Origin: Pseudonocardiaceae bacterium
GTDB taxonomy: Bacteria; Actinomycetota; Actinomycetes; Mycobacteriales; Pseudonocardiaceae
DNA length: 58,532 nt
Reading direction: 5' to 3'
NCBI GenBank assembly: GCA_050700255.1
Contig: JBOHGX010000136.1
Coordinates: 1 to 58,532 of the forward strand
A program made the position numbers and the translations under genes. This document shows positions 29,715-38,313 of this stretch, piece after piece (position 1 is the stretch's first letter; every line of letters starts with the position of its first letter). The notes below the pieces were generated by a model. The model did not search any database. It was not told the origin of the DNA and worked only from the letters and a program-made list of their open reading frames with translations.

Positions 29715-30494
29715 GTGCGGATTGTCGACATCTCCAGTGCAGTGGATGCCTCGGCGTGGGAACCGGACCCCGTCGCGCACGACATCCTGTCCCCGCACGC
29801 GGCGGCCGAACACATGTGCGACGAGATGCGCGAGCACTTCGGGGTCGAGTTCGACCCGGCCGACCTGCCCGAGTCGGAGTTCTTGTCGTTGGACCGGCTC
29901 ACGCTGACCACCCACACCGGTACGCATGTGGACGCCCCATCGCACTACGGCTCTCGGGCGCACTACGGAGACGGCCGGCCGCGCAACATCGACGAGATGC
30001 CACTGGAGTGGTTCTTCGGCCCCGGCGTGCTGCTCGACCTCACCGGGTGCGAGACGTGGGTCGTCGGCGCCGCCGTCATCGAGAAGGAGATCGCGCGGAT
30101 CGGGTACACGCCTGAGCCGGGCGACATCGTCTTGCTCCACACGGGCGCGTCCGCGTGGGCGGGCACCCAGCGCTACTTCACGGCCTTTATCGGCCTCGAC
30201 GGTCCGGCCGTCAACCTGCTGCTCGACCTGGGTGTTCGGGTGATCGGCACCGACGCGTTCAGCCTGGACGCGCCGTTCGGCGACATTATTTCCCGTTACC
30301 GCCAGACCGGCGATTCCTCGGTGCTCTGGCCTGCGCACGTGACCGGGCGCACCCGCGAGTACTGCCAGATCGAGCGACTCGGCAATCTCGAAGCCTTACC
30401 GGTGCCGTACGGCTTCCGAGTCGCGTGCTTCCCGGTAAAGGTAGCCGGCGCCGGGGCAGGCTGGACCCGTGCGGTCGCAATCTTCGACGAGTAG
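29715..30494 (+). CDS. dpsY: Putative cyclase family protein (PF04199-like, DpsY/MtmY type polyketide cyclase)
   Basis: HTGTHVDAPSHY metal-binding motif. GTG at 29715 after GGAGGAGAG. Followed by the C-methyltransferase, as in dpsY-dnrX. In-frame TTA at 30396-30398. Confidence 0.75.
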   Translation: MRIVDISSAVDASAWEPDPVAHDILSPHAAAEHMCDEMREHFGVEFDPADLPESEFLSLDRLTLTTHTGTHVDAPSHYGSRAHYGDGRPRNIDEMPLEWFFGPGVLLDLTGCETWVVGAAVIEKEIARIGYTPEPGDIVLLHTGASAWAGTQRYFTAFIGLDGPAVNLLLDLGVRVIGTDAFSLDAPFGDIISRYRQTGDSSVLWPAHVTGRTREYCQIERLGNLEALPVPYGFRVACFPVKVAGAGAGWTRAVAIFDE

Positions 30495-30509
30495 GCCACC
30501 GGAGGAACT

Positions 30510-31721
30510 ATGTGTCGTATCTGCGGTGGTGACGTTCGCGAGTTCTTCGATTTCGGTCGTCAACCGTTGTCCGACACCTTCCCTACCGAAGAGGAGCTGG
30601 AGCACGAGTTCTTCTTCCGGCTGGCGGTGGGGGTGTGTGAGTCGTGCACCATGGTTCAGCTGCTCGAAGAGGTCCCCAGGGACCGCATGTTCCACCATGC
30701 CTACCCGTACCGTTCGTCGGGCTCGTCCAGGATGCGGGAGCATTTCGCGCGAACCGCGCGCACGCTGCTTGACACCGAGCTGGCCGGGACGGATCCCTTC
30801 TGCGTGGAGATCGGCTGCAACGACGGGATCATGCTGGGCGTGATCAAGGACGCCGGTGTGCGGCATCTCGGTGTCGAGCCGTCCGGGGGTGTCGCCGATC
30901 TCGCCAGGGCCTCGGGAGTACGGGTGCAAACCGATTTCTTCGAGGAACGCACTGCCACCGGGATCGCCGCGGTCGAGGGTCCGGCCGACGTGATCTATGC
31001 CGCGAACACGATCTGCCACATCGCTTATCTGGACTCGGTTTTCCGCGGAGTGGACGCCTTACTCGCACCGGGCGGCGTTCTCGTCTTCGAGGACCCGTAC
31101 CTCGGTGACATCGTGGAGCGCAACACATTCGATCAGATCTACGACGAGCATTTCTACCTGTTCTCGGCCCGCTCGGTGCGTGCCGCCGCCCGGAGATTTG
31201 GATTCGAGCTGGTCGACGTTGAGCGCCTGCCGGTGCACGGCGGCGAGGTCCGCTACACCATTGCCCGCTCCGGTGCGCGGCAGCCAAGTCCGGCGGTCGA
31301 CGCCCTGATCGCCGAAGAGGCTGACCGAGGGCTCGGCGAGTTCGGAACGTTCGAAAAGCTCGGTGGCGAGGTCAAACGGGTGTGCGCGGACCTCGTCGCC
31401 CTGTTGCGTGACCTCCGCGATCAGGATTGCCGGGTCACCGGTTACGGGGCTACTGCGAAGAGCGCGACGGTCACGAACTACTCCGGCATCGATGCCGAGC
31501 TGGTGCCGTGTGTGTACGATGCGACGCCAGCCAAGATCGGCCGCCTGATGCCCGGCTCGCACATCCCGATTCTCCCGGCCGCCGAATTCGCCGCGCCCTA
31601 CCCCGACTACGCGTTACTCTTTGCCTGGAACCATGCCGAAGAAATTATGGCCAGGGAAAAGGAATTCACGGCTCAGGGTGGTCGCTGGATCGTCTACGTA
31701 CCGGAGGTCCGGATCCTCTGA
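30510..31721 (+). CDS. dnrX: NDP-hexose C-3 methyltransferase (TylCIII/EvaC/KijD1/DnrX family) with N-terminal zinc ribbon
   Basis: MCRICGGDVREFFDFGRQPLSD.F, CESCTMVQL and EIGCNDG SAM motif. 403 aa. In-frame TTA codons at 31059 and 31614. Confidence 0.88.
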   Translation: MCRICGGDVREFFDFGRQPLSDTFPTEEELEHEFFFRLAVGVCESCTMVQLLEEVPRDRMFHHAYPYRSSGSSRMREHFARTARTLLDTELAGTDPFCVEIGCNDGIMLGVIKDAGVRHLGVEPSGGVADLARASGVRVQTDFFEERTATGIAAVEGPADVIYAANTICHIAYLDSVFRGVDALLAPGGVLVFEDPYLGDIVERNTFDQIYDEHFYLFSARSVRAAARRFGFELVDVERLPVHGGEVRYTIARSGARQPSPAVDALIAEEADRGLGEFGTFEKLGGEVKRVCADLVALLRDLRDQDCRVTGYGATAKSATVTNYSGIDAELVPCVYDATPAKIGRLMPGSHIPILPAAEFAAPYPDYALLFAWNHAEEIMAREKEFTAQGGRWIVYVPEVRIL

Positions 31722-31736
31722 ACTCCGACCTCCGGT

Positions 31737-33251
31737 TCACGAACCGCTGTCCCCCGGCAGGCGAATGGACAGCGCATGCCGGAAGACGTTCCGCGGATCC
31801 CAGCGCGCCTTGACCTGCTGGAGCCGGGAGTAGTTGTCCCGGTAGTAGAGCCGGTGCCAGGGCACCCCGCTGGTGTTCAGCGCGGGGTCGGCCAGATCGG
31901 CGTCCGCGTAGTTGATGAAGGCGCCCGCATAGGCCGCACCAGGATCCGGTACACCACCGGCGTTGGCGAACACCTCACGGTAGGAGTCGCGGATCCACCG
32001 CAGGTGCACGTCGTCCTCCTGGCCGTCGAACCAGAACACCGACCAGTACGCCTTGAGAACCGCGTCGCGGTGGGGCATGGCCGTGTCCTCGGGCCGGACC
32101 GCGTTAATCCGGCCGCCGTGCGAGTGCAGGTACACCGCCGCCGCGGGATTCTGGTAGCCCGCATCGGTGAGGTGCCGGTACAGGGCGGCAATCTGGTCAT
32201 CGGACCAGGAGGTGCGAAGGAACGCGGCCTTGGACTTGAACCTTCCCGACACCCCGGCGTACTCGTCCGGGGTGAGCGTCAGCGCCAGCCACGGCGTCGT
32301 CGCGACCTCCACCTCTGGTAGGACGCCGACGCCCTTGTTCACCGCCGCGATGAACTCGTCGGTCAGCTCGCCGCCGTCCCCGCGCCCGGCATCCACCGCG
32401 GTCTCCAGGGTGATCGGGCCACCGGCGGCCCGTGGCAGGGTCAGCCCGTTGTCGAGGTGCGCGCCGGGGCTCTCGGCCGAGCTGTTGCGCTCGTGCCACA
32501 CGCCGAAGTTCCGCACCAGGCGGCGAAAAGCCTCCTCGTTCAGGTCGGCCCACTGCCAACGCATGGACTTCTTCAGCACGGCCGGAGGGGGCGAGGGCAG
32601 CAGCGACTCCGGCGTATCCGTGCGCGTGTCGGGTGACCTGAACCAGTATTGGGTGACGACGCCGAAGCTGCCGCCACCGGCGCCGGTATGCGCCCACCAG
32701 AGGTCCCGGTTAGGGTCGCCGGGTTCCCGAGTGGCGACTACCGATCTCACCTCTCCCGAGGCGTCCACGACGACGACCTCGACGGCATACAGGTGATCCA
32801 CGGACAACCCGTAGCGGCGCGAGAGCGCTCCTCCCCCACCGCCGACCACATGCCCCCCGATGCCGATGCCAGGACACCGTCCGGCCGGGACGGTCACCCC
32901 CCAGCCGAGGAACAGCGTCCGGTAGATCGCGCCAAGGGTGGCGCCGGCCTCCACGGCGAAGGCTCGGCGGCGGGCATCGAAATACACCGCGTTCATCTCG
33001 GAGACGTCAAGCACGACCTCTACCGCGGGGTTGTCCACGAGCGCCTCGAAACAATGCCCACCACTGCGGATCGCGACCCGCTTGCCCTGCCGGACCACGT
33101 CCTCCAGCACCCGCACGACGTGTTCCGTCGCACCGACGACCCGGATCGCCTCGGGGTCCGCCCGAAACCGCCCGTTGATCCCGCGGCCGACCAGATCCGC
33201 ATAGCGTGGGTCCGCCCGGTCCACGGCCACCGGCCCCGGACGCGAATCCAT
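31737..33251 (-). CDS. FAD-linked oxidase of the BBE/VAO family with predicted bicovalent flavin attachment
   Basis: IRSGGHCFE (His site) and PAGRCPGIGIGGHVVGGGGG (Cys site). C-terminal BBE-like YINYADADL...YYRDNYSRLQQVKARWDPRNVF. ATG at 33251 after GGGAGAAGGA. Confidence 0.88.
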   Translation of the reverse strand: MDSRPGPVAVDRADPRYADLVGRGINGRFRADPEAIRVVGATEHVVRVLEDVVRQGKRVAIRSGGHCFEALVDNPAVEVVLDVSEMNAVYFDARRRAFAVEAGATLGAIYRTLFLGWGVTVPAGRCPGIGIGGHVVGGGGGALSRRYGLSVDHLYAVEVVVVDASGEVRSVVATREPGDPNRDLWWAHTGAGGGSFGVVTQYWFRSPDTRTDTPESLLPSPPPAVLKKSMRWQWADLNEEAFRRLVRNFGVWHERNSSAESPGAHLDNGLTLPRAAGGPITLETAVDAGRGDGGELTDEFIAAVNKGVGVLPEVEVATTPWLALTLTPDEYAGVSGRFKSKAAFLRTSWSDDQIAALYRHLTDAGYQNPAAAVYLHSHGGRINAVRPEDTAMPHRDAVLKAYWSVFWFDGQEDDVHLRWIRDSYREVFANAGGVPDPGAAYAGAFINYADADLADPALNTSGVPWHRLYYRDNYSRLQQVKARWDPRNVFRHALSIRLPGDSGS

Positions 33252-33436
33252 TCTCGATCCTTCTCCCGAGATCATGCCCACCGCGCCGTCCACTCCACGA
33301 CACCCCTTCCCGCCGGTTTCCGTGGACAGTAGAAGCGGGACACTCCGCGATCAATCATGTTCAAGCCGCACCCGAGACACATTCGACCAGAGCCCGGACC
33401 CATGAGCGGGGCTCACAAAAGCACGACTACGACCCG

Positions 33437-34264
33437 CTAGTGCGCGTTCTTGTTGCGGTAGAGATGCATGGTGAGCGGAGCGAATATCGCGACGATCAAT
33501 ACCGAGATCAGCAGCGACCACCCGACCTGCCCGAGGGTGGCGGTTCCGTGCATCAGGCCGCGGGATGCGGTCGCCGCGTGGCTCATCGGATTGACCCCGA
33601 CGACCACCTGCATCCAGCCTGGCATGGTATCCGGACTGACGAAGATGTTGCTGGTGAACAGCAGCGGGTAGATCACGATCATGCTGGTGCCGGATACCCG
33701 TTCCGGCACGCTCACCACCACTCCGAGCGCCGCGAAGATCCAGCTGACGCTGAACGCGAACACGATCAGCACCAGCATCGCCAGCACAACGCCGAGAACG
33801 CCGGCACCGGGGCGGAAGCCCAGGAGCACCCCGAGGCCGATGGTCATGGTCAACGCGATGAGATAGCGGACGATGTCGCCGAGAAGGTTCCCGACAAGTG
33901 TGGCTGGCTGCCAGAACGGCAGCGTCCGGAAGCGATCGAACACCCCCTTGTTGATGTCGGTGTTCAACGCCGTACCGGTGTAAACGGTCATCAGGATGAC
34001 GCTCTGCACCGCCACGCCGGGCAGGAAGAATTGCAGGTACTCGCCGGGGGAGCCGGCGAACGCGCCACCGAACAGGTAGGTGAATATGAGCAGGAAGATG
34101 AACGGCAGCAAAATGATGTCGATCAGCTGCGCCGGATAGTGCTTGAACGCCATCATCCCCCGCCACGTATGGGTCAGCGTGGCGGCCAGCGGGCTCGGGC
34201 GAGACGGGCGAGCGCTGGTGGACAGCGCCACTCGCAGGGTGCCGTCGACCGTAGACGTTGTCAT
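33437..34264 (-). CDS. drrB: ABC-2 type exporter permease (daunorubicin resistance DrrB type)
   Basis: 275 aa, 6 TM pattern. ATGA overlap with the upstream ATPase gene. Confidence 0.9.
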   Translation of the reverse strand: MTTSTVDGTLRVALSTSARPSRPSPLAATLTHTWRGMMAFKHYPAQLIDIILLPFIFLLIFTYLFGGAFAGSPGEYLQFFLPGVAVQSVILMTVYTGTALNTDINKGVFDRFRTLPFWQPATLVGNLLGDIVRYLIALTMTIGLGVLLGFRPGAGVLGVVLAMLVLIVFAFSVSWIFAALGVVVSVPERVSGTSMIVIYPLLFTSNIFVSPDTMPGWMQVVVGVNPMSHAATASRGLMHGTATLGQVGWSLLISVLIVAIFAPLTMHLYRNKNAH

Positions 34265-35241
34265 GCCGCATCCTCCTCACTGATTGAGCCGTCCTCGGCC
34301 TTGTGCCCGGTCAGCGTCAGGAAGACCTCGTCAAGGCTGGGCTGGCCGAGCGCGAACTCGCTGGCCTCAAGGCCCCGGTGCGACAGCGCGGCCAGGGCAC
34401 GCGTGGCCTTATCGGTATCGGAGACCCGCGCCGACAGCGCGACCGGGTCGGACTCCAGGTGCACCGGTACACCGAGCTCGCGGGTGAGGACCTGCGCAGC
34501 GTCGGACCGCTTCTCGGGATCACGCAGCCGCACGCTCAAGACGCCCGAGCCGATCGACGACTTCAGCTCCCCGGTGGTCCCCTCAGCGATGACCCTTCCA
34601 TGCTCGATGACCGCGATGCGGTCGGCAAGCTGGTCGGCCTCATCCAGGTACTGGGTAGTCAGCAGCACGGTGGTGCCCGTTTCGACGAGTGCCCTGACGA
34701 TGTCCCAAACCTGGTTGCGGCTGTTCGGGTCGAGCCCGGTGGTCGGCTCGTCGAGGAAGAGCAGTTCCGGTGTGACAACAATGCTCGCGGCGACGTCCAG
34801 CCGGCGGCGCATGCCTCCGGAAAACGTTCTCACCAGCCGATCACCGGCTTCGGCCAGGCCGAACGTGCCGAGCAGTTCACCCGCCCGGTCCCTTGCCTGC
34901 CGCCACGAGTATCCCTGCAGCCTGCCCATCAGGACCAGGTTCTCCGCCCCCGTCAGCCCCTCATCAACGGAAGCGAACTGCCCGGTGAGGCTGATCCGGC
35001 GACGCACCGCGTCGGCCTCCCGCACCACGTCGTGACCGTAGACGCTGGCGGTGCCACCGTCGGGCCGTAACAAGGTGGCCAGCATGCGGATGATCGTGGT
35101 CTTGCCGGCACCGTTCGGGCCGAGAACGCCGTAGACCACACCTGCCGGCACGGCAAGGTCGACGCCGTCCACGGCCTTGGTCGTGCCGAAGGCCTTGACC
35201 AGTCGCGACGTTTCTATCGCCAAAGTCGACTGCGAATTCAA
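34261..35241 (-). CDS. drrA: ABC exporter ATP-binding protein (daunorubicin resistance DrrA type)
   Basis: (M)[28 protein letters not shown]...GPNGAGKTT, signature SGGMRRRL, Walker [12 protein letters not shown] start at 35241 after AGGAG. N-terminus resembles DrrA as I remember it. Confidence 0.92.
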   Translation of the reverse strand: MNSQSTLAIETSRLVKAFGTTKAVDGVDLAVPAGVVYGVLGPNGAGKTTIIRMLATLLRPDGGTASVYGHDVVREADAVRRRISLTGQFASVDEGLTGAENLVLMGRLQGYSWRQARDRAGELLGTFGLAEAGDRLVRTFSGGMRRRLDVAASIVVTPELLFLDEPTTGLDPNSRNQVWDIVRALVETGTTVLLTTQYLDEADQLADRIAVIEHGRVIAEGTTGELKSSIGSGVLSVRLRDPEKRSDAAQVLTRELGVPVHLESDPVALSARVSDTDKATRALAALSHRGLEASEFALGQPSLDEVFLTLTGHKAEDGSISEEDAA

Positions 35242-35462
35242 AGCCAGCTCCTAGGTATAGTCACCGAACCGGTACGCACTGTTGTGTTCGTCACGGTCGA
35301 CACCGTATCCGCCACCCAGGTCAGTTCTTGGCCGCAATCCGTCCCGACCTCGTCGTGGCTCTAGTGAATCTCGTCGAATCCTCAAGCCCGACCAAGAATG
35401 TTGCGGGATGGCGGGACGTCCGCGTTGAAACTCGACCGGAGCGAAGAATCCTAGGAGCAGGC

Positions 35463-37064
35463 GTGGCAGACACCGAGGTGGACGTCCTGGTGGTCGGCGG
35501 CGCGCTCGGTGGCCTGTCGGCGGCGATGTTCCTGGCCCGGCGCGGCGTGCGCGTGCTCCTGATCGAGCGGCACAGCGGGACGTCGATCTATCCGAAGGCG
35601 GCCGGCCAGAATCCGCGCACCATGGAACTCCTGCGCATCGGAGGCGTCGCCGAGGAGATCATGGGGGCCGCCAACATCCGTGGCCGGCAAGGCGATTTCA
35701 CCATCAAGATCGCGGAAACCGTCGGCGGCAAAGTCCTCCACACCTTCGCCGAGAGTTTCGAGGAGCTGATCGGGGCCACCGAGCGGTGTACCCCCATGCC
35801 GTGGGCGCTCGCCGCGCAGGACAGGGTGGAGCCGATCCTGCTCGCGCAGGCGGAGAAACATGGCGCGATCATCCACTTCTCCACGGAGCTGCTGTCCTTC
35901 GATCAGGACGGTGCGGGTGTGACCGCACGGTTGCGGAGCCGGACCAGCGACCAGGCGCAGGTCGTGCGAGCCCGCTATCTGGTGGCGGCGGACGGGCCAG
36001 AGAGCATGATCAGACAGCGGCTGGGGATCTTACGGCACGGCTATGGAACGCTGGCCCATTTCGTCGGGGTGATCTTCGAAGCCGACCTGTCCGCGGTCGT
36101 CCCGCCTGGTTCGAACGGCTGGTACTACCTGCAGAACCCGAAGTTCACCGGCACGTTCGGACCGACCGACCGACCGGATCGGCATACCTTTTTTGTGCAG
36201 TACGACCCAGAAGGTGGGGAATCGGCGGAGCAGTACACCGCGGCTCGGTGCACCGAGCTGATCAGGATCGCGGTGGACGCGCCAGAACTGGTCCCCACGC
36301 TGCTCGACATCCAGGTCTGGGAGATGGCGGCCCTGATCGCGGATCGGTGGCGAGACGGCCGGGTGCTCCTGGTCGGTGACGCGGCCAAGGTCACCCCACC
36401 CACCGGTGGCCTCGGCGGCAACACCGCGATCGGCGACGGTTTCGACGTGGCCTGGAAATTGGCCTCGGTGCTGAAGGGGCAAGCCGGCCCGGGCTTGCTG
36501 GACAGCTACGAACGGGAGCGCGAGCTCGTGGCCGACCTGGTGGTCAGTGAATCACTGAACATCTACGCCCATCGACTGGCCCCGCAGCTGATCGGCAGCG
36601 TTCCCGAGGGTCGCGGGACCGCCGAGGTCGTCCTCGGCTTCCGCTATCGCTCCGACGCCGTCGTCATCGATGACGACGATCGGGACCTGGTCGAGGATCC
36701 GTTGCGTCCCAGCGGCCGCGCCGGTTTCCGTGCCCCGCACGTATGGGTACGCCACGGCGGGGTTCGCGTGTCCACAGTGGATCTCTTCGGCGATGGCTGG
36801 GTGCTGATCGCCGGAAACGACCGTGGCGGATGGTGCGAAGCCGCCCGGCAAGTGGGAACTGAGCTCGGTATCCGGCTTGACGCCTACGCGGTTGGCACTC
36901 ACCTGGTCGATCTGGACTGCGTACTCGCGCGCGACTACGGCATCGCTTCGGCAGGGGCGAGCCTGGTCCGCCCGGATGGCATCATCGCTTGGCGCACCGG
37001 CAGCCGACCCGACGATGCCGTCACCACGCTCCGCGACACGCTCACCCGCGTGCTGGCTCGTTGA
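35463..37064 (+). CDS. dnrF: FAD-dependent aromatic polyketide hydroxylase (aklavinone 11-hydroxylase DnrF/RdmE type)
   Basis: GTG at 35463 after AGGAGCAGG. VDVLVVGGALGGLSAAMFLARRG dinucleotide fold and the GDAAKVTPPTGGLGGNTAIGD motif. 533 aa. Confidence 0.85.
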   Translation: MADTEVDVLVVGGALGGLSAAMFLARRGVRVLLIERHSGTSIYPKAAGQNPRTMELLRIGGVAEEIMGAANIRGRQGDFTIKIAETVGGKVLHTFAESFEELIGATERCTPMPWALAAQDRVEPILLAQAEKHGAIIHFSTELLSFDQDGAGVTARLRSRTSDQAQVVRARYLVAADGPESMIRQRLGILRHGYGTLAHFVGVIFEADLSAVVPPGSNGWYYLQNPKFTGTFGPTDRPDRHTFFVQYDPEGGESAEQYTAARCTELIRIAVDAPELVPTLLDIQVWEMAALIADRWRDGRVLLVGDAAKVTPPTGGLGGNTAIGDGFDVAWKLASVLKGQAGPGLLDSYERERELVADLVVSESLNIYAHRLAPQLIGSVPEGRGTAEVVLGFRYRSDAVVIDDDDRDLVEDPLRPSGRAGFRAPHVWVRHGGVRVSTVDLFGDGWVLIAGNDRGGWCEAARQVGTELGIRLDAYAVGTHLVDLDCVLARDYGIASAGASLVRPDGIIAWRTGSRPDDAVTTLRDTLTRVLAR

Positions 37065-38067
37065 CCGGCGTGGTGAGTTCCGTGGTGTCGTCACCGGTCC
37101 CGGTCGTCGCGTCATGGCGTGCCGAGCGAGCGAGTCGCTCCGACAGGCCGCGAACGTAGTCGATGAGCTCGGGCGGCTCGTGAATCTCGAACTCGATGTC
37201 GAACATGCCGATGGTAAGGGCAAGCCACTGCAGCGAATCGGCCGCGGTGCGCAGCTGGCAGGTCTGGTCGTCGACGGACTCCAGCACGCCGTCGGTGGGA
37301 CGTATCCGCTCCGCGATCACCTCGACCGGCGCGTGCAGGGTCACCAGTGCGCGGTACCGGGCGAACGAGGAGGTGATGGCCTGCGCAACGTATGCGGCTG
37401 CATCGGCGGTGGGCAATTCCCGTGGCCTGAACCGAACCCCGATCGCCAGCGGGGACTCCAAACGGTCGACACGGAAGCTCCGCCAGTCGTCCCGGTCCAG
37501 ATCCCACGCCATCAGGTACCACTTCCTGATGACATACGCCAGACGGTACGGCTCGACGACCCGCTTGCTTCCGATTCCGTCGCGCGTGCGGTAGGAGAAT
37601 CGCAGCCGCTCATGATCCCGGCACGCCTGAGCGATCACGGCGAGGTAACCCGGGTCCACGATGGGCCCGACCGTGATCAACGGCACCGTGTAGGTCTGCA
37701 GGGCGTTGACTCGGCGGCGCAGGCGGCTCGGCAGGACCTGTTCCAGCTTCGCCAGCGCGCGAACCGACGTCTCCTCGATTCCGGCCACCGTGCCGCCGGC
37801 CGCCGTGCGAAGCCCGACGGCTATCGCGACTGCTTCCTCGTCGTCGAGCAGAAGCGGCGGCAGGGCGGCTCCCGCCTCGAGCCGGTAGCCGCCCCCGACA
37901 CCCGAGATCGCGCGTACCGGATATCCGAGCTCCCGCAGGCGCTCGATGTCGCGGCGCAGGGTCCGGGGACTCACGTCGAGCCGCTCGGCGAGCCTCGGAC
38001 CCGCCCAGTCCCGGCAATTCTGCAACAGCGACAGCAGACGCAGCACGCGCGACGCCGTAGCAGCCAT
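37042..38067 (-). CDS. HTH-WYL-WCX transcriptional regulator (YafY/PafBC-like)
   Basis: N-terminal SRVLRLLSLLQNCRDWAGPRLAERLDVSPRTLRRDIERLRELGYPV. WYL core RVVEPYRLAYVIRKWYLMAWDLDRDDWRSFRVDRL. ATG at 38067. Its 3' end overlaps dnrF by 23 nt. Confidence 0.85.
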   Translation of the reverse strand: MAATASRVLRLLSLLQNCRDWAGPRLAERLDVSPRTLRRDIERLRELGYPVRAISGVGGGYRLEAGAALPPLLLDDEEAVAIAVGLRTAAGGTVAGIEETSVRALAKLEQVLPSRLRRRVNALQTYTVPLITVGPIVDPGYLAVIAQACRDHERLRFSYRTRDGIGSKRVVEPYRLAYVIRKWYLMAWDLDRDDWRSFRVDRLESPLAIGVRFRPRELPTADAAAYVAQAITSSFARYRALVTLHAPVEVIAERIRPTDGVLESVDDQTCQLRTAADSLQWLALTIGMFDIEFEIHEPPELIDYVRGLSERLARSARHDATTGTGDDTTELTTPVNEPARG

Positions 38068-38313
38068 AGCTCCCAGAATGCCACGAATCACGGTCAGGAC
38101 CTGGCCTAGATTGGGGCTGGCCGGCGAGCGTGGCCCCGGCGGGCAGGTGACGCTGGACAAGGACGCCGAGGAACAGTTGGTGCCAAGGGCACAACGAGGC
38201 TGCCCCAGCGGGGCTCAAGCCACACCCATCATGCTCGACCCGTCGACTAATACAACTGGGCCTGCACAGCGCTGCCGAATCGACATCGGCCGAGAAACGC
38301 CGAGAGGTGAACG

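Noticed and set aside
28308-30338. Very long N-terminal extensions in the ORF track. Examples: 28308-30338, 41803-43344, 26736-28157, 14314-15639, 49961-51463, 44096-45847, 25178-26797, 39750-41132, 4156-5250
   Set aside because: The extensions overlap neighbouring well-supported genes or divergent promoters and lack homology-like sequence. Internal starts with SD sequences or ATGA/GTGA/TGATG coupling to the upstream gene fit expected protein lengths.
33206-35035. 609-aa plus-strand ORF spanning the FAD-oxidase start, drrB and most of drrA
   Set aside because: It is antisense to three genes with strong family signatures. The composition (His/Arg/Asp/Gln runs, then Ser/Arg-rich) is typical of non-coding frames at high GC.
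35242-35462. SARP heptamer repeats in the drrA/dnrF and ACP/NTF2 (42933-43095) divergent regions
   Set aside because: Isolated TCGAA/TCAAG/TCGAG pentamers occur, but not at 11- or 22-bp phasing. Not convincing enough to annotate.
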